Part shown: positions 39,657 through 50,488 of the stretch, piece by piece
Position numbering within the stretch: the stretch's first letter is position 1
Layout of the letters: each line of letters starts with the position of its first letter
NCBI GenBank assembly: GCA_963749655.1
Contig: CAVVOB010000028.1
Location: 224,001 to 288,000 of the forward strand
DNA from: Nitrospirota bacterium
Lineage (GTDB): Bacteria > Nitrospirota > UBA9217
DNA length: 64,000 nucleotides
Reading direction: 5' to 3'
Notes under the pieces: generated by a model
What the model saw: the letters and a program-made list of their open reading frames with translations, nothing else
What the model was told of the DNA's origin: nothing
Databases searched by the model: none
Made by a program: the position numbers and the translations under genes

Positions 39657-42600
39657 ATGACTCTTTTCCATCTCTTCCGCACTCCGGCTCTCTCTCCATA
39701 CCAGACCGCGGGCCTGCTCGCAGCAGCACAGCAGAACGTCTCATCCGTCATCACGGCGCTCGAGACCGAGTTCTGTTTCAACGTGGCATCCGACAGCGCG
39801 CTCTCCGCTGATGAGATGCGTCTGCTGCGCTGGCTCCTGGCCGAGACCTTCGAGCCGGAAAAATTTTCCACGAGCAGTTTCCTAACTCATAACTCCAAAC
39901 TCCGAACTCAAAACGCGGTTCTTGAAGTCGGTCCCCGCATGAACTTCACGACAGCCTGGTCCACGAACGCGGTCTCGGTCTGTCATGCCTGCGGTCTTTC
40001 GAAGATCACGAGGATCGAGCGCTCGCGCAGATACCGACTTGACCTCAAACCAGGGGCATCCCTTTCCGCGGAGCAGACAGGGAGATTCCTTTCCCTCGTT
40101 CATGACCGGATGACCGAGTGCCCCTATCCCGCGCCGCTTGCAACCTTCGAGACCGGGATCAAGCCCGAGCCCGTCAGGACCATCCCGCTCCTGCAGGAGG
40201 GGAGGCCGGCACTGGAGCGGATCAACCGCGAAATGGGGCTGGGGCTCGATGACTGGGACCTTGACTACTACACGAACCTCTTCGTCAAAGACATCGGACG
40301 AAACCCCACCAACGTGGAATGCTTCGACCTGTCCCAGTCCAACAGCGAGCACTCACGCCACTGGTTCTTCCGCGGCAAGCTGGTCGTCGACGGGAAGGAA
40401 ATTCCCGAGACCCTCATGAAGATCGTGAAGGCGACCTGGGAGGCGAACCGGAACAACAGCGTCATCGCCTTCAGCGACAATTCCAGCGCCATCATCGGCT
40501 ATGACATCACGACGATCGTACCCCGAGTCCGTGGGCAGGCCGTCCCCCTTCCGGGAGACGAAGCGGAAATATCATGTGATCCTGACGGCCGAGACGCACA
40601 ACTTCCCGTCGGGCGTGGCCCCTTTCCCGGGCGCCGAGACCGGCACGGGCGGCCGCATCCGCGACGTGCAGGCCACGGGCACGGGCGGCCTGGTGGTGTC
40701 CGGCACGGCGGCCTACTGCGTGGGCAATCTCCGGATCCCGGGGTACGAGCTTCCGTGGGAAGATCCGGCATATGCATATCCGAATAATCTCGCCTCACCG
40801 CTTCAGATCGAGGTCGAGGCAAGCAACGGCGCTTCGGACTACGGCAACAAGTTCGGCGAACCAGTGATCCAGGGCTTCACCCGCTCCTTCGGCCTGCGCC
40901 TGCCCGACGGCGAGCGCAGGGAGTGGCTCAAGCCGATCATGTTCTCCGGCGGCATCGGCCAGATGGACAGCCGCCATACGGAAAAAACCGCAGCCCGAGA
41001 AGGGCATGCTCGTGGTGAAGGTGGGCGGACCGGCCTACCGCATCGGCATGGGCGGCGGGGCCGCCTCGTCCATGATCCAGGGCGAGAACGTGGCCGAACT
41101 CGACTTTAATGCCGTGCAGCGCGGCGACGCTGAGATGGAGCAGAAGCTGAACCGCGTGATCCGCGCCTGCGTGGAGCTGGGGGACAAGAACCCGATCCAG
41201 AGCATTCACGACCAGGGCGCAGGCGGCAACTGCAATGTGGTGAAGGAGATCGTCCATCCGGCCGGCGCCAAGATCGAGATCCGGAAGATCCTCGTCGGAG
41301 ATGCAACGCTCTCGGTGCTCGAGATCTGGGGCGCCGAATATCAGGAGCAGAACGCGCTTCTGCTGAAGCCGGAGCACGAAGACCAGTTCCGCTCGCTCTG
41401 CAGGCGCGAGAAGGTTCCCGTGGCGATCATCGGCACGGTGACCGGCAGCGGCTACTATCGTCCTCTATGACGCAAACGACGGATCGACGCCCGAGAACCT
41501 GGAGCTTGCCAAAGTCCTGGGCGACATGCCGCAGAAGGTGTTCAAGCTCGACCGGCTGCCGCGCACCCTCAAGCCGCTTGAACTTCCGAAAGACCTTACC
41601 GTGCGCCAGGCACTCGACCGGGTGCTGCGGCTTCTTTCGGTCGGGTCCAAGCGCTTTCTTACGAACAAGGTCGACCGCTCGGTCACCGGCCTCATCGCCC
41701 GGCAGCAGTGCGCAGGTCCGCTTCAGCTCACGGTGTCCGATGTGGCCGTCATTGCTCAGTCCCACTTCGGCCTGACCGGCGCCGCGATCTCGATCGGCGA
41801 GCAGCCGGTGAAGGAGCTTATCGATCCCGCTGCCATGGCCAGAATGAGCGTGGGCGAAGCCCTGACGAACATGGTCTGGGCCCGCGTCTCCGGTCTCGGC
41901 GACATTCGCTGCTCTGCAAACTGGATGTGGGCACCGAAGCTTCCCGGCGAAGGGTCCCGTATGTACGACGCCGCGGTTGCCATGCGCGACGTGATGATCG
42001 AGTTCGGCATGGCCGTGGACGGAGGCAAGGACAGCCTGTCCATGGCCGCCCGGGTGACGAATGCGGACGGCACCCACGAAACCGTGAAGTCGCCGGGCAC
42101 GCTCGTGATCTCCGCCTATGTGACCTGCCCGGACATAACGAAGACCGTGACGCCGGACCTCAAGGCGCCGGGGAGAAGCAAGCTCCTCTTCATTGATCTC
42201 GGAAGCATCCAAAACCGCATGGGCGGTTCCGCCCTCGCGCAGGTCTTCGGCCAGGTCGGCGACCGTTGTCCCGACCTCGATGATCCGCAGGCTCTCACCA
42301 GGACCTTCAATGCCGTCCAGCAGCTCGTTTCCGACGGGCTGATCCTCTCCGGCCACGACCGGTCCGACGGAGGACTCGCGACGACGCTGCTCGAAATGGC
42401 CTTTGCCGGCAACTGCGGCATCGAGATCGATCTCGGAAAACAGGACGATGAGCATAGCCGCGCTCTTCTCGGAAGAGCTCGGGCCTCGCGATCGAATATC
42501 TCCCGTCGCTGAAGAAGCGAAAATATTCTCGATTCTTGATAATGCCGCAGTGCCGTATCAGGTGATCGGCAAAACGCTCGCGGACAAGCGAGTCGTCTTT

Positions 42601-43624
42601 TCACTCCGCACTCCTCACTCCTCACATCCGCACTGTCCTTGACGAGGACATGCGCGTTCTCCGCGACATCTGGGAAGAGACGAGCCACCAGCTCGATCTC
42701 CTGCAGCGAAACCCGGAAAACATCGGGACGAGCGGAAGAACATCTATGACCGGAAAGGACCGTCCTTCAGCCTTTCCTTCAACCCGAAGCAGACAGCCGA
42801 TGATCTCCTCTGCAGCCCTTCGAAACCGAAGGTTGCCGTCATCCGCGAGGAAGGAAGCAACGGGGACCGTGAGATGGTCTCGGCCTTCTTACCTGGCCGG
42901 GTTCGAGCCCTGGGACGTGACCGTGACCGACCTGCTCGACGGCCGCATCAAGCTCGACCAGTTCCGCGGCGTTGTCTTCGTGGGCGGATTCAGTTATGCC
43001 GACGTGCTCGATTCCGCCAAGGGCTGGGCAGCCTCCATCCGGTTCAACAAAAAGGTCTGGGACCAGTTCGAGAAGTTCTATCACCGCCCGGACACCTTCA
43101 GCCTCGGCGTGTGCAACGGCTGCCAGCTCATGGCGCTTCTGGGCTGGGTGCCCTGGCGCGGCATCGAGGACCAGCTTCCAGCCGCGCTTCATCCACAACA
43201 AGTCGGGAAGATTCGAGTCCCGCTTCTCGACCGTGAAGATCCTGAAGAGCCCGTCCATCATGCTCTCGGGAATGGAAAAGTCCGTGCTCGGCATCTGGGT
43301 GGCCCACGGCGAAGGCCTGGCCTATTTCCCGGACAAGAAGATGTTCAGGGAATGCGAGCACGGCCTGGCGCCGGTCCGATACGTCGATGACGATTCAAAG
43401 ATCACCGAAGCCTATCCCTTCAATCCCAACGGCTCGCCCGCAGGCATTGCCGGCCTCTGCTCCCCTGACGGACGCCACCTCGCCATGATGCCTCACCCCG
43501 AGCGCGCGGTGCTCAACTTGGCAGTGGGGCTGGATGCCCGAGGAGCTCAAAAAGATCCCTCGACGCTTCGCCCTGGCTCAGGATGTTCCAGAATGCCCGG
43601 GAGTGGTGTCAGAGAAACAAGTAA
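39657..43624 (+). CDS. purL: Large single-chain FGAM synthase PurL (many frameshifts)
   Basis: EVGPR, QSNSEHSRHWFF, ETHNFP, HDQGAGG, GGKDSLSM, HDRSDGG, GVCNGCQ, MMPHPER spread over alternating frames. Confidence 0.93.
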
Positions 43625-43711
43625 GCAGTTCTACGACAGGGAACGACGGCAGATGCAGGAGTCTCGATGACGGAGATCGTTATCCGGGAAGTCACGAAGA
43701 AAGGAGCGGCA

Positions 43712-44095
43712 ATGCCTCTCGTACGAATTTCATTGATGCAGGGAAAGCCGGAGGGTTTCGGCAAAAAGGTAGGCGAGATCGTGTACCGCGCCATGACCGA
43801 GACGCTGAATGTTCCCCCGAAGGACAATTTTCAGATCATTACCGAACACGACAGCAACTCGCTCATTTACGACCCCGCGTACCTCGACATCCCGCGCACC
43901 GACGGCGTGGTCTTCATCCAGATCACGCTCAATGAAGGCAGGACCGTTGATCTCAAAAAAACATTCTACCGGGTAACAGCCGACCGTCTGAACAAGGAGC
44001 TCGGCATCCGGCCGGGGGACGTCCTCATCAGCCTCGTTGAAGTGAAGAAGGAGAACTGGTCCTTCGGAAACGGCATCGCCCAGTACGCTTCATGA
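43712..44095 (+). CDS. Tautomerase family protein (Pro-1)
   Basis: MPLVRI..., ENWSFGNG; AAGGAG RBS. Confidence 0.88.
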   Translation: MPLVRISLMQGKPEGFGKKVGEIVYRAMTETLNVPPKDNFQIITEHDSNSLIYDPAYLDIPRTDGVVFIQITLNEGRTVDLKKTFYRVTADRLNKELGIRPGDVLISLVEVKKENWSFGNGIAQYAS

Positions 44096-44355
44096 ACAAT
44101 AAACGGCTCGGCCTCGCCTTTCCCTGTTCCTTTCCCATCAAGGTCATGGGGCTCAATACCGATGCCTTCTCGTCGGCAGTATATGCTGCCGTGAACAGAC
44201 ACCTCGAGCAGGGCCGCTATACCGTCGAATCCAAGCTCAGCAGCGGCAGCAAATATCTCTCCCTGACGATAACCTTCACGGCCCAAAGCAAAGAGCAGCT
44301 CGATGCCATCTATGAAGAACTGAACGCAAGGGAAGAAGTCTTAATGACGCTTTAA
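44092..44355 (+). CDS. YbeD/DUF493 family protein
   Basis: FPCSFPIKVMG, SSGSKYLS, QLDAIY..L. Confidence 0.88.
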   Translation: MNNKRLGLAFPCSFPIKVMGLNTDAFSSAVYAAVNRHLEQGRYTVESKLSSGSKYLSLTITFTAQSKEQLDAIYEELNAREEVLMTL

Positions 44356-44584
44356 CCCGGGAAACATCCCCGGTCCGCCCGGCGAAAAATTTCTCTCCCT
44401 CAGGCCGATACTCCTCTCAATCACAAGGCAACTGCATTAATACCTCGCGCCTTGCGATACTATTCGGTTCCTGCTCCACAACGAGTCCCGTTTCCGACTC
44501 CTGACACTCCTCTCCCGGAACCGGCCCCTGATCATGCACCTTTGCTATTGACTTCGTCAGGTGTTCTGGATATATTTCGAATAA

Positions 44585-45385
44585 ATGATGACCATCACTG
44601 AAATCGACGTCGTGCGGGCTTGCCAGACGCTTTTCGGAAAAGAAATCAATATCAGCAGAGATTTTCTTTTTTACATGCAGCCCAGCGGCGTCAAGTCCGC
44701 CTACCGCAGGAAAGCCAAGGAAACCCACCCCGATCTGTACGCAGCCGATCCTCTTGATATTCAGCAGAAACAAACCGTTCTGTTCCGTGAAGTACTGGGC
44801 GCTTACGACGTCCTGAGCCTTTTCTTCAAGCAGCGTGAAGAAGGGGGCTGGAAGCATGTCAAGGCGCGTCCGGCAGCGCCAATACGGCCCCGGACCGAGC
44901 GGCGCACTAAATCGCGGCCGGAATCCGCTTCAAGCGGCAAAGGGGACGAGACGTACTACCATGGCAGCGTCCCTTTCCGCAGGCTTCAGGTCGGGCAGTA
45001 CCTCTACTACCGCGGAATGATCTCCTTCGGCGCGCTGATCGATGCGCTGGTGTGGCAGCGCAAGCAGCGGCCCACGATCGGCGATATCGCGATTCGCTGG
45101 GGGTGGCTCGACAGCGAGCGCATCAAGAAATTGTTTGCCGCCACGGACATGCCGCGGCGCTTTGGAGAAAAGGCGGTCGAGCTCGGCTTCCTTACCGTCT
45201 TTCAGGTGAATACCATCCTCATGTACCAGCGCACGCAGCAGATCAGGCTGGGGAACTACTTCATCGAGAAAGCTATTCTTACGACCGAGCAGCTCGACCA
45301 GCTGGTACGCGATCTCCATGAACACAATGCCGCGGTTTTTACCCGCATAAAGCCATCGAAAGACCGCCGCCCGTCCTTTGTCTGA
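44585..45385 (+). CDS. J-domain protein with tandem MshEN-like motifs
   Basis: KSAYRRKAKETHPD; four 24-aa xxG..L...G.....L...L..Q motifs. Confidence 0.8.
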   Translation: MMTITEIDVVRACQTLFGKEINISRDFLFYMQPSGVKSAYRRKAKETHPDLYAADPLDIQQKQTVLFREVLGAYDVLSLFFKQREEGGWKHVKARPAAPIRPRTERRTKSRPESASSGKGDETYYHGSVPFRRLQVGQYLYYRGMISFGALIDALVWQRKQRPTIGDIAIRWGWLDSERIKKLFAATDMPRRFGEKAVELGFLTVFQVNTILMYQRTQQIRLGNYFIEKAILTTEQLDQLVRDLHEHNAAVFTRIKPSKDRRPSFV

Positions 45386-45401
45386 ACCTTGCCGCTGTAC
45401 C

Positions 45402-46067
45402 CTACTCGAATGCGAATTGATTGATAACGCCCGGGGGGTTCACAGCTTCCTTTCCCGCCCGGGGAATCAACCTGCTCTGCTCCAGGTGAAGCACGATCGC
45501 TTCAACGCACTCCTTGATGGACAAAAGGTCCGTGCGCAGGTGCAGTTCGGGCTTCTCGGGCTCCTCGTAGGGAGCACTGATACCCGTGAAGTCCTTGATG
45601 ATGCCCGCCCTGGCCTTCTTGTACGCGCCTTTGGGATCGCGCGACTCGCATGTTTCCACCGGGCAATCGACGAAGACCTCGATGAACGAATCCTCTCCGC
45701 AGGTCTTCCGGGCGAGAAGACGGTCGCTGCGGTAAGGGGATATGAACGCAGTGAGATTGATGATGCCGCAGTCGGTGAAGAGCCTTGCGACTTCGCCGAT
45801 CCTTCGGATGTTCTCGGTGCGGTCTTCGGGGCTGAAGCCGAGGTTCCGGTTCAGTCCGTGCCGGATGTTGTCTCCGTCCAGGATATAGGTATGCATGCCC
45901 CGTGTGTGGAGCGCGGCCTCGGTCGCAACGGCAAGGGTCGACTTGCCTGATGCCGACAGGCCCGTGAACCAGACGGTGAACCCGCGATGGCCTTTCAGGA
46001 GCTCCCGCTCCCTGCGGCCCACTACTCCGTGATGCCAGACTATATGCGTTGTATTCTGCTCATCCAT
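45402..46067 (-). CDS. cysC: Adenylyl-sulfate kinase
   Basis: [39 protein letters not shown]. Confidence 0.95.
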   Translation of the reverse strand: MDEQNTTHIVWHHGVVGRRERELLKGHRGFTVWFTGLSASGKSTLAVATEAALHTRGMHTYILDGDNIRHGLNRNLGFSPEDRTENIRRIGEVARLFTDCGIINLTAFISPYRSDRLLARKTCGEDSFIEVFVDCPVETCESRDPKGAYKKARAGIIKDFTGISAPYEEPEKPELHLRTDLLSIKECVEAIVLHLEQSRLIPRAGKEAVNPPGVINQFAFE

Positions 46068-46183
46068 TCGTGCCTCCTTCTTGTGGTATCCCCTTGTTGA
46101 AGCCGGTCTAGGTCCTATTCCGAATTTACCTTTGCCTTGGCGATATTGTCTATATAGTTAGTAGGCATTACGTTCAAAAAAAA

Positions 46184-46591
46184 TCATGCTTTCAGCAGGT
46201 CGGCAAAGGTCGTCGCTTCCAGGAGGCGCGAGGTGTAGTCACGGATGTTCTTCATGAGCTTGGTCAACGATTTGCTCTGCTCGATCGGCGTGGAGTGATA
46301 ATAATGCCTGCTCACCGATCCGACAGGCGCAAGCGCCCCGTCCATAAGCCGGACGATCTCGGCCACCGACACCTCCCCGGGCTGCTTGATCAGTTCGTAT
46401 CCGCCGTCGGCGCCCCGCTTGCTTCGAATGTAGCCTGCTTTATTCAATAGGAGCAGGATGTGCTCGAGGTATTTCCGGGGGATCTTCTTTCTTCGAGCGA
46501 TATCATCCGTCTTCACCAGACCGGCATCATAATGTTCCGCCAGATCGAGCAAAGCCAGACAGGCATATTCGCTCTTGGTCGTCAATTTCAT
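46184..46591 (-). CDS. Rrf2 family regulator (CymR-like, lacks the three-Cys Fe-S motif)
   Basis: MKLTTKSEYA, YLE.IL..L, SKRGADGGY. Confidence 0.9.
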   Translation of the reverse strand: MKLTTKSEYACLALLDLAEHYDAGLVKTDDIARRKKIPRKYLEHILLLLNKAGYIRSKRGADGGYELIKQPGEVSVAEIVRLMDGALAPVGSVSRHYYHSTPIEQSKSLTKLMKNIRDYTSRLLEATTFADLLKA

Positions 46592-46597
46592 GGTTTA

Positions 46598-46625
46598 ATT
46601 ATACTAATTAGGTAGGCTTTGTCAA
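46598..46625 (-). promoter_or_regulatory. Consensus sigma70 promoter giving a leaderless Rrf2 mRNA
   Basis: TTGACA-N16-TATAAT-N6-ATG. Confidence 0.75.
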
Positions 46626-46816
46626 GATTGAAGATCGCCGGCACTACAAAGCTTGAAAGACATCAGGAGAAAAGGAAGGAACGGGTGGCGGGGAGCATCC
46701 GGAATATTCGCTTCCGGTTCGATCCATACAAGACCAAGGCAGCTGATCAGGTGACTGCGGGATATTCTTGGCGGGTCTCTCCCGGACAACACTCTCTGCG
46801 GACGCTTCTGCCGTCA

Positions 46817-47551
46817 CTATTCGAGAGCGACCGAAAAGCTGCCCGGATAACCGTGATCAGCAAATTCCTGCTCCGCATGCTCCGCGGTCTTCAGGGAAGA
46901 ATATTTTCCTGCATAAACGCGATAGAAGATGTCGCCGCTGATCTCGGTCCGGTGAACTTCCGAGAATCCGTACAGCTTTCGCATTTCGCGGGACAGCTTT
47001 TCGGCATTGCCGGGATCCTTGAACGAACCTACTTGCACGGAGTAATTACCTGCGTCGTAGCTGTCCAGGGCCCGGTACTCGTCCGTGCCGCTGCCGCGGT
47101 AACCGAGCGCCTCGATCCTGACCGGCGCTGTTCCGGCCACATCAACGCCCAGTTTCTTTGCGGCGGAATAGGACAGGTCGATGATCCGGCCCTTTACAAA
47201 GGGGCCGCGGTCATTGACGCGCACGACCACCTCCCGCCCGTTGTCCCTGTTCCGCACCTTTACGAATACCCCGAGCGGAAGCGTCTTGTGCGCCGCGGTC
47301 ATGGCGTGCATATCGTACACTTCGCCGTTGCTCGTCTTCTTTCCATGAAAATCCCTGCCGTACCAGCTCGCAACGCCGGTCTGCACAAAGCCCTCATGGC
47401 TCGCGAGCGGCTCGTACCGCTTGCCGTCTACAACGTAGGGCTTTTGCGACGGTCTCGACGCGGGCCGAACGCCGCCTTTAGGCGGCCTCTTCGGTCCGCA
47501 TGCCGTCACAACGAGCAAACAGCAGAGCAGTATGATGAGCCGGTTTATCAT
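46817..47551 (-). CDS. rlpA: Septal lytic transglycosylase RlpA
   Basis: Lipobox TAC, ASWYG, TAAHKTLP, VNDRGPF, IIDLS, SPOR domain. Confidence 0.93.
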   Translation of the reverse strand: MINRLIILLCCLLVVTACGPKRPPKGGVRPASRPSQKPYVVDGKRYEPLASHEGFVQTGVASWYGRDFHGKKTSNGEVYDMHAMTAAHKTLPLGVFVKVRNRDNGREVVVRVNDRGPFVKGRIIDLSYSAAKKLGVDVAGTAPVRIEALGYRGSGTDEYRALDSYDAGNYSVQVGSFKDPGNAEKLSREMRKLYGFSEVHRTEISGDIFYRVYAGKYSSLKTAEHAEQEFADHGYPGSFSVALE

Positions 47552-47718
47552 GACCCTTGCTTTTAGTGCATTTCTCCTGTTATGATGACAATCAAACGGA
47601 TGCCCGGTATAAAGCGAATAATACAAAGTATTGTTCGGCAGATCAACACAAAAAGGGTGCATTCGCGATCTTGATGCAGGGCCGCAGCAGCAGGCCCGAA
47701 CGCAGGTATGATTTGGAT

Positions 47719-49347
47719 ATGAGCCCCTCTGAGAACAGCCGTGAATCCGTCAGGGTCTTTCGCAGCGTCGGTCCCCTGGCAGCCGACGAAACGCGTTCCC
47801 TTCTCGCGAAGTTCCGCATCGCCCTGCCTGACCGTCCTGGCTCCCTTGCCGGATTCGCGTCCGCCATTGCCCAGGCCGGCGGCAACATTTCTTTTTTCCA
47901 CTACGACCGCTCCATTGACAGCAGCCGCGTTGCCGTCGAGGTCAGGCTCGAAGACGAGCCGTCTCTCGCCGAGCTCCTGTCATCGCTTAAGGACAAACAG
48001 TACCATGTCGAAGCGGAGGGGGCGCTGCAGGACGACATTCTTGTTACCGCGGCCGAGAGCGTCCTTGAAATCAAGGTCAGACTCGTGAACGAGCCGGGCT
48101 CCCTGGCCGCCTTTGCCCGGCTCCTGGCAACGCACGACGCGAACGTCATCTATATGCTCTATGACGAGGACATCGACGCCGGCTCGGCGGACATCGCCCT
48201 GGCTACTGCGAGCCCGCAGGAGATCGACCTCCTGCTGCGCGCCGTGAACGAAAAGGGATATCATTACCGCGTCGTGTACCGCGGCAGCGACGAGCAGGCC
48301 GCGGCCGACATCATCGGTCTCAAGCTGATCGAGAAGTTCTTCCTCCGGCTGAAATCGCTGCTCTCCTCCGCTGATGTGGCAGAGATCAAGTCCCTGGTCG
48401 AGTCCTCCCGGGACCTGCAGCAGGACCTTGCCCGGTTCGCGGCCGAGGCCGGGAACCATCTCGAGGCCGGCGACGTGTTCGAGACCGTGCTCACTTTCGC
48501 GTCCCGCTCGCGGAGCAGGACCGGCAGCAACTTCTCGGCCGCGGAAATGAAGCCGATCAAGCTTCCCGGAGGCGTGGACCTTCTCGGCTTCCGCCTGCCC
48601 ACGAGCGAAAACTTCTATCTCTTCCGCGAAACAGACGGCGCACTCACCATGATCGATGCAGGCCACGGCATCTACTACGCCGACATCAAGCGGCTCCTGT
48701 CGTCCCGCGGCATGGACCCCGCTCGGGTAACAAGAATCTTCGTGACCCACCCTGATACGGACCACATCGGCGCTGCAGGCTACTTCGAACGCGAGTACGG
48801 CACCGAGGTCTACCTGCACAGCGGAAGCGCGGATGTTATCGCGAACATGAACCGGGCGTACGGAGCTGCCGGCGGCCTGCTGAACCTGAACAAATACTAC
48901 ACAAGGCTGTCTGCGCGGTTCACCGAGTGCCTGTTCCCCGCGAGCCCCCGGTATTTCAAGGCCGCAGACGGTCCTGCCTTCGGCGCCTTTCCGGTCATCG
49001 ACGCCTTTGACCTCGGACCGTTGACGTTCGACGTGCTCGAAAGCCACGGAGGCCATACGCCGGGGCTGGTCTTCTTCCTCAACAGGCAGTGCGGCCTGCT
49101 CTTCACCTCGGATTTCCTGCTGAACGTGAAAAGCCTTACCCCCGAGGACAAGGAGCATCTGGGAATCTACCGCTACCTTTTGACCAGCCCGAACCGCGAT
49201 TCAAGGGTATACCGGAAAGAGACCGCAGACCTGCGGGAAATGATGTCCGCTCTGGATAAAAAGATGCGGCAGGAAAAGGGCGGCGAAGCAAGGATCTTTC
49301 CGGGCCACGGCGATTACTACGCTGTTCAGGAGCTGCAGGAGCCGTAA
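47719..49347 (+). CDS. Tandem ACT domains + metallo-beta-lactamase-fold hydrolase
   Basis: PDRPGSLA..GGNI and NEPGSLA..ANV ACT motifs; IDAG, THPDTDH, GHTPG, PGHG. Confidence 0.8.
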   Translation: MSPSENSRESVRVFRSVGPLAADETRSLLAKFRIALPDRPGSLAGFASAIAQAGGNISFFHYDRSIDSSRVAVEVRLEDEPSLAELLSSLKDKQYHVEAEGALQDDILVTAAESVLEIKVRLVNEPGSLAAFARLLATHDANVIYMLYDEDIDAGSADIALATASPQEIDLLLRAVNEKGYHYRVVYRGSDEQAAADIIGLKLIEKFFLRLKSLLSSADVAEIKSLVESSRDLQQDLARFAAEAGNHLEAGDVFETVLTFASRSRSRTGSNFSAAEMKPIKLPGGVDLLGFRLPTSENFYLFRETDGALTMIDAGHGIYYADIKRLLSSRGMDPARVTRIFVTHPDTDHIGAAGYFEREYGTEVYLHSGSADVIANMNRAYGAAGGLLNLNKYYTRLSARFTECLFPASPRYFKAADGPAFGAFPVIDAFDLGPLTFDVLESHGGHTPGLVFFLNRQCGLLFTSDFLLNVKSLTPEDKEHLGIYRYLLTSPNRDSRVYRKETADLREMMSALDKKMRQEKGGEARIFPGHGDYYAVQELQEP

Positions 49348-49354
49348 GCCGCCC

Positions 49355-50314
49355 TCAGCTCCGCCCTGGACCTGGCATAATGCCGTCACGGTAATGATCG
49401 GGCTCCGGATGGATGCGCTCCATGATCCCGGGAGAAAAAATGCGGTCCCGGATGATATCTCCGGTCATGTAGCCGCGCTCTTTCAGGACAGGCACGAACT
49501 TCATGGTTGAAGCAATATACTCCTCGGTAAGCTTGGCGCAGTACCGCGGTGAGAGGGACAGGGTGTCGAGGACAAAATCCCTGTCCACGACCGAGACATA
49601 CTCGGCGATCGTTCGCGCTGCTTCGGCTGGCTCATGGCGGATGAATGCCGTTGCCTCCTCGTGCAGTTTGAGGAACCCCTCCACTGCCGCTCCCGCCTTC
49701 TGCAGAAAACCCCTGTCCGCAACGATTCCATAGCTCGGATTGTCAGGCCAGAGCTGCGAAGGAGGAATAAGGGTCTTTCCTCTGGCAAAGCGTTCGACCG
49801 CTACCGCAAGGGCGGGAGTGCCGAAGGCCGCTGCGACCTCGTCATGCACCACGGCTTCCGTCACTAGGTCGGCCCAGGGATAATTCACGACTGCAATCGC
49901 ATCAGCGAGCCCGCATTGCTGAACGAGATCTCTCAGGATGACGTCGTGGATCGAGCCCCTGCCGGGGACGCCGATCCTGAGCCCCCGAAACTGCTCGAGC
50001 ACCCTGCCGAGATCGCGCGTGTCGGCATAACCGAGCAGGTGAGACTTGCCGGCCATGACCGTTCCTTCCATATGGCCGCCTGCCACGCAGACCACATCGA
50101 TGCCCCGGGCCATGCCGATCATCGCAGGAGGAAGCCCGATATAGGCCAGATCCAGCTCGCCCTGCTGAAACGCCTGCATGATCGCCGGACCGGTGCCGAA
50201 GAGCCGCCATTCGACCTCGGCCCCAAGACGCGAAGACGCTTGTGCTTGGGCCATCAGCACGATCGCCGTGTGGTAAAACGTGGAAAGATGTCCGATCCGA
50301 ATCTTCATGGCCAT
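49355..50314 (-). CDS. SsuA/THI5-like binding-protein fold without signal peptide
   Basis: IRIGHLST, TGP.IM.AF..GELDLAYIG.PP, PG.GSIHD. Confidence 0.75.
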   Translation of the reverse strand: MAMKIRIGHLSTFYHTAIVLMAQAQASSRLGAEVEWRLFGTGPAIMQAFQQGELDLAYIGLPPAMIGMARGIDVVCVAGGHMEGTVMAGKSHLLGYADTRDLGRVLEQFRGLRIGVPGRGSIHDVILRDLVQQCGLADAIAVVNYPWADLVTEAVVHDEVAAAFGTPALAVAVERFARGKTLIPPSQLWPDNPSYGIVADRGFLQKAGAAVEGFLKLHEEATAFIRHEPAEAARTIAEYVSVVDRDFVLDTLSLSPRYCAKLTEEYIASTMKFVPVLKERGYMTGDIIRDRIFSPGIMERIHPEPDHYRDGIMPGPGRS

Positions 50315-50488
50315 TATCAGTCCCTGAACGAGATATCCTCATAATAGTCGCCACAACCCCAAGAGTCAAGCCCTGCTGCAGCACGCTCCTCATTCCGCCA
50401 TTTACAATCCAGATCAATCCGCATTATGAATTACGGACCCCTTTCCTGTTGCCGGTCATGAAGTGCTGTGTTACTATATAGAAACGCC

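Noticed and set aside
39657-43624. Programmed frameshifting or pseudogenisation of purL (about eight or more frame breaks), plus breaks near 23762, 25455, 33330, 51120, 52730, 54785, 57880 and 60230
   Set aside because: Single-base indels, often in short homopolymers, scattered over unrelated and core genes with intact motifs; best explained as long-read assembly errors
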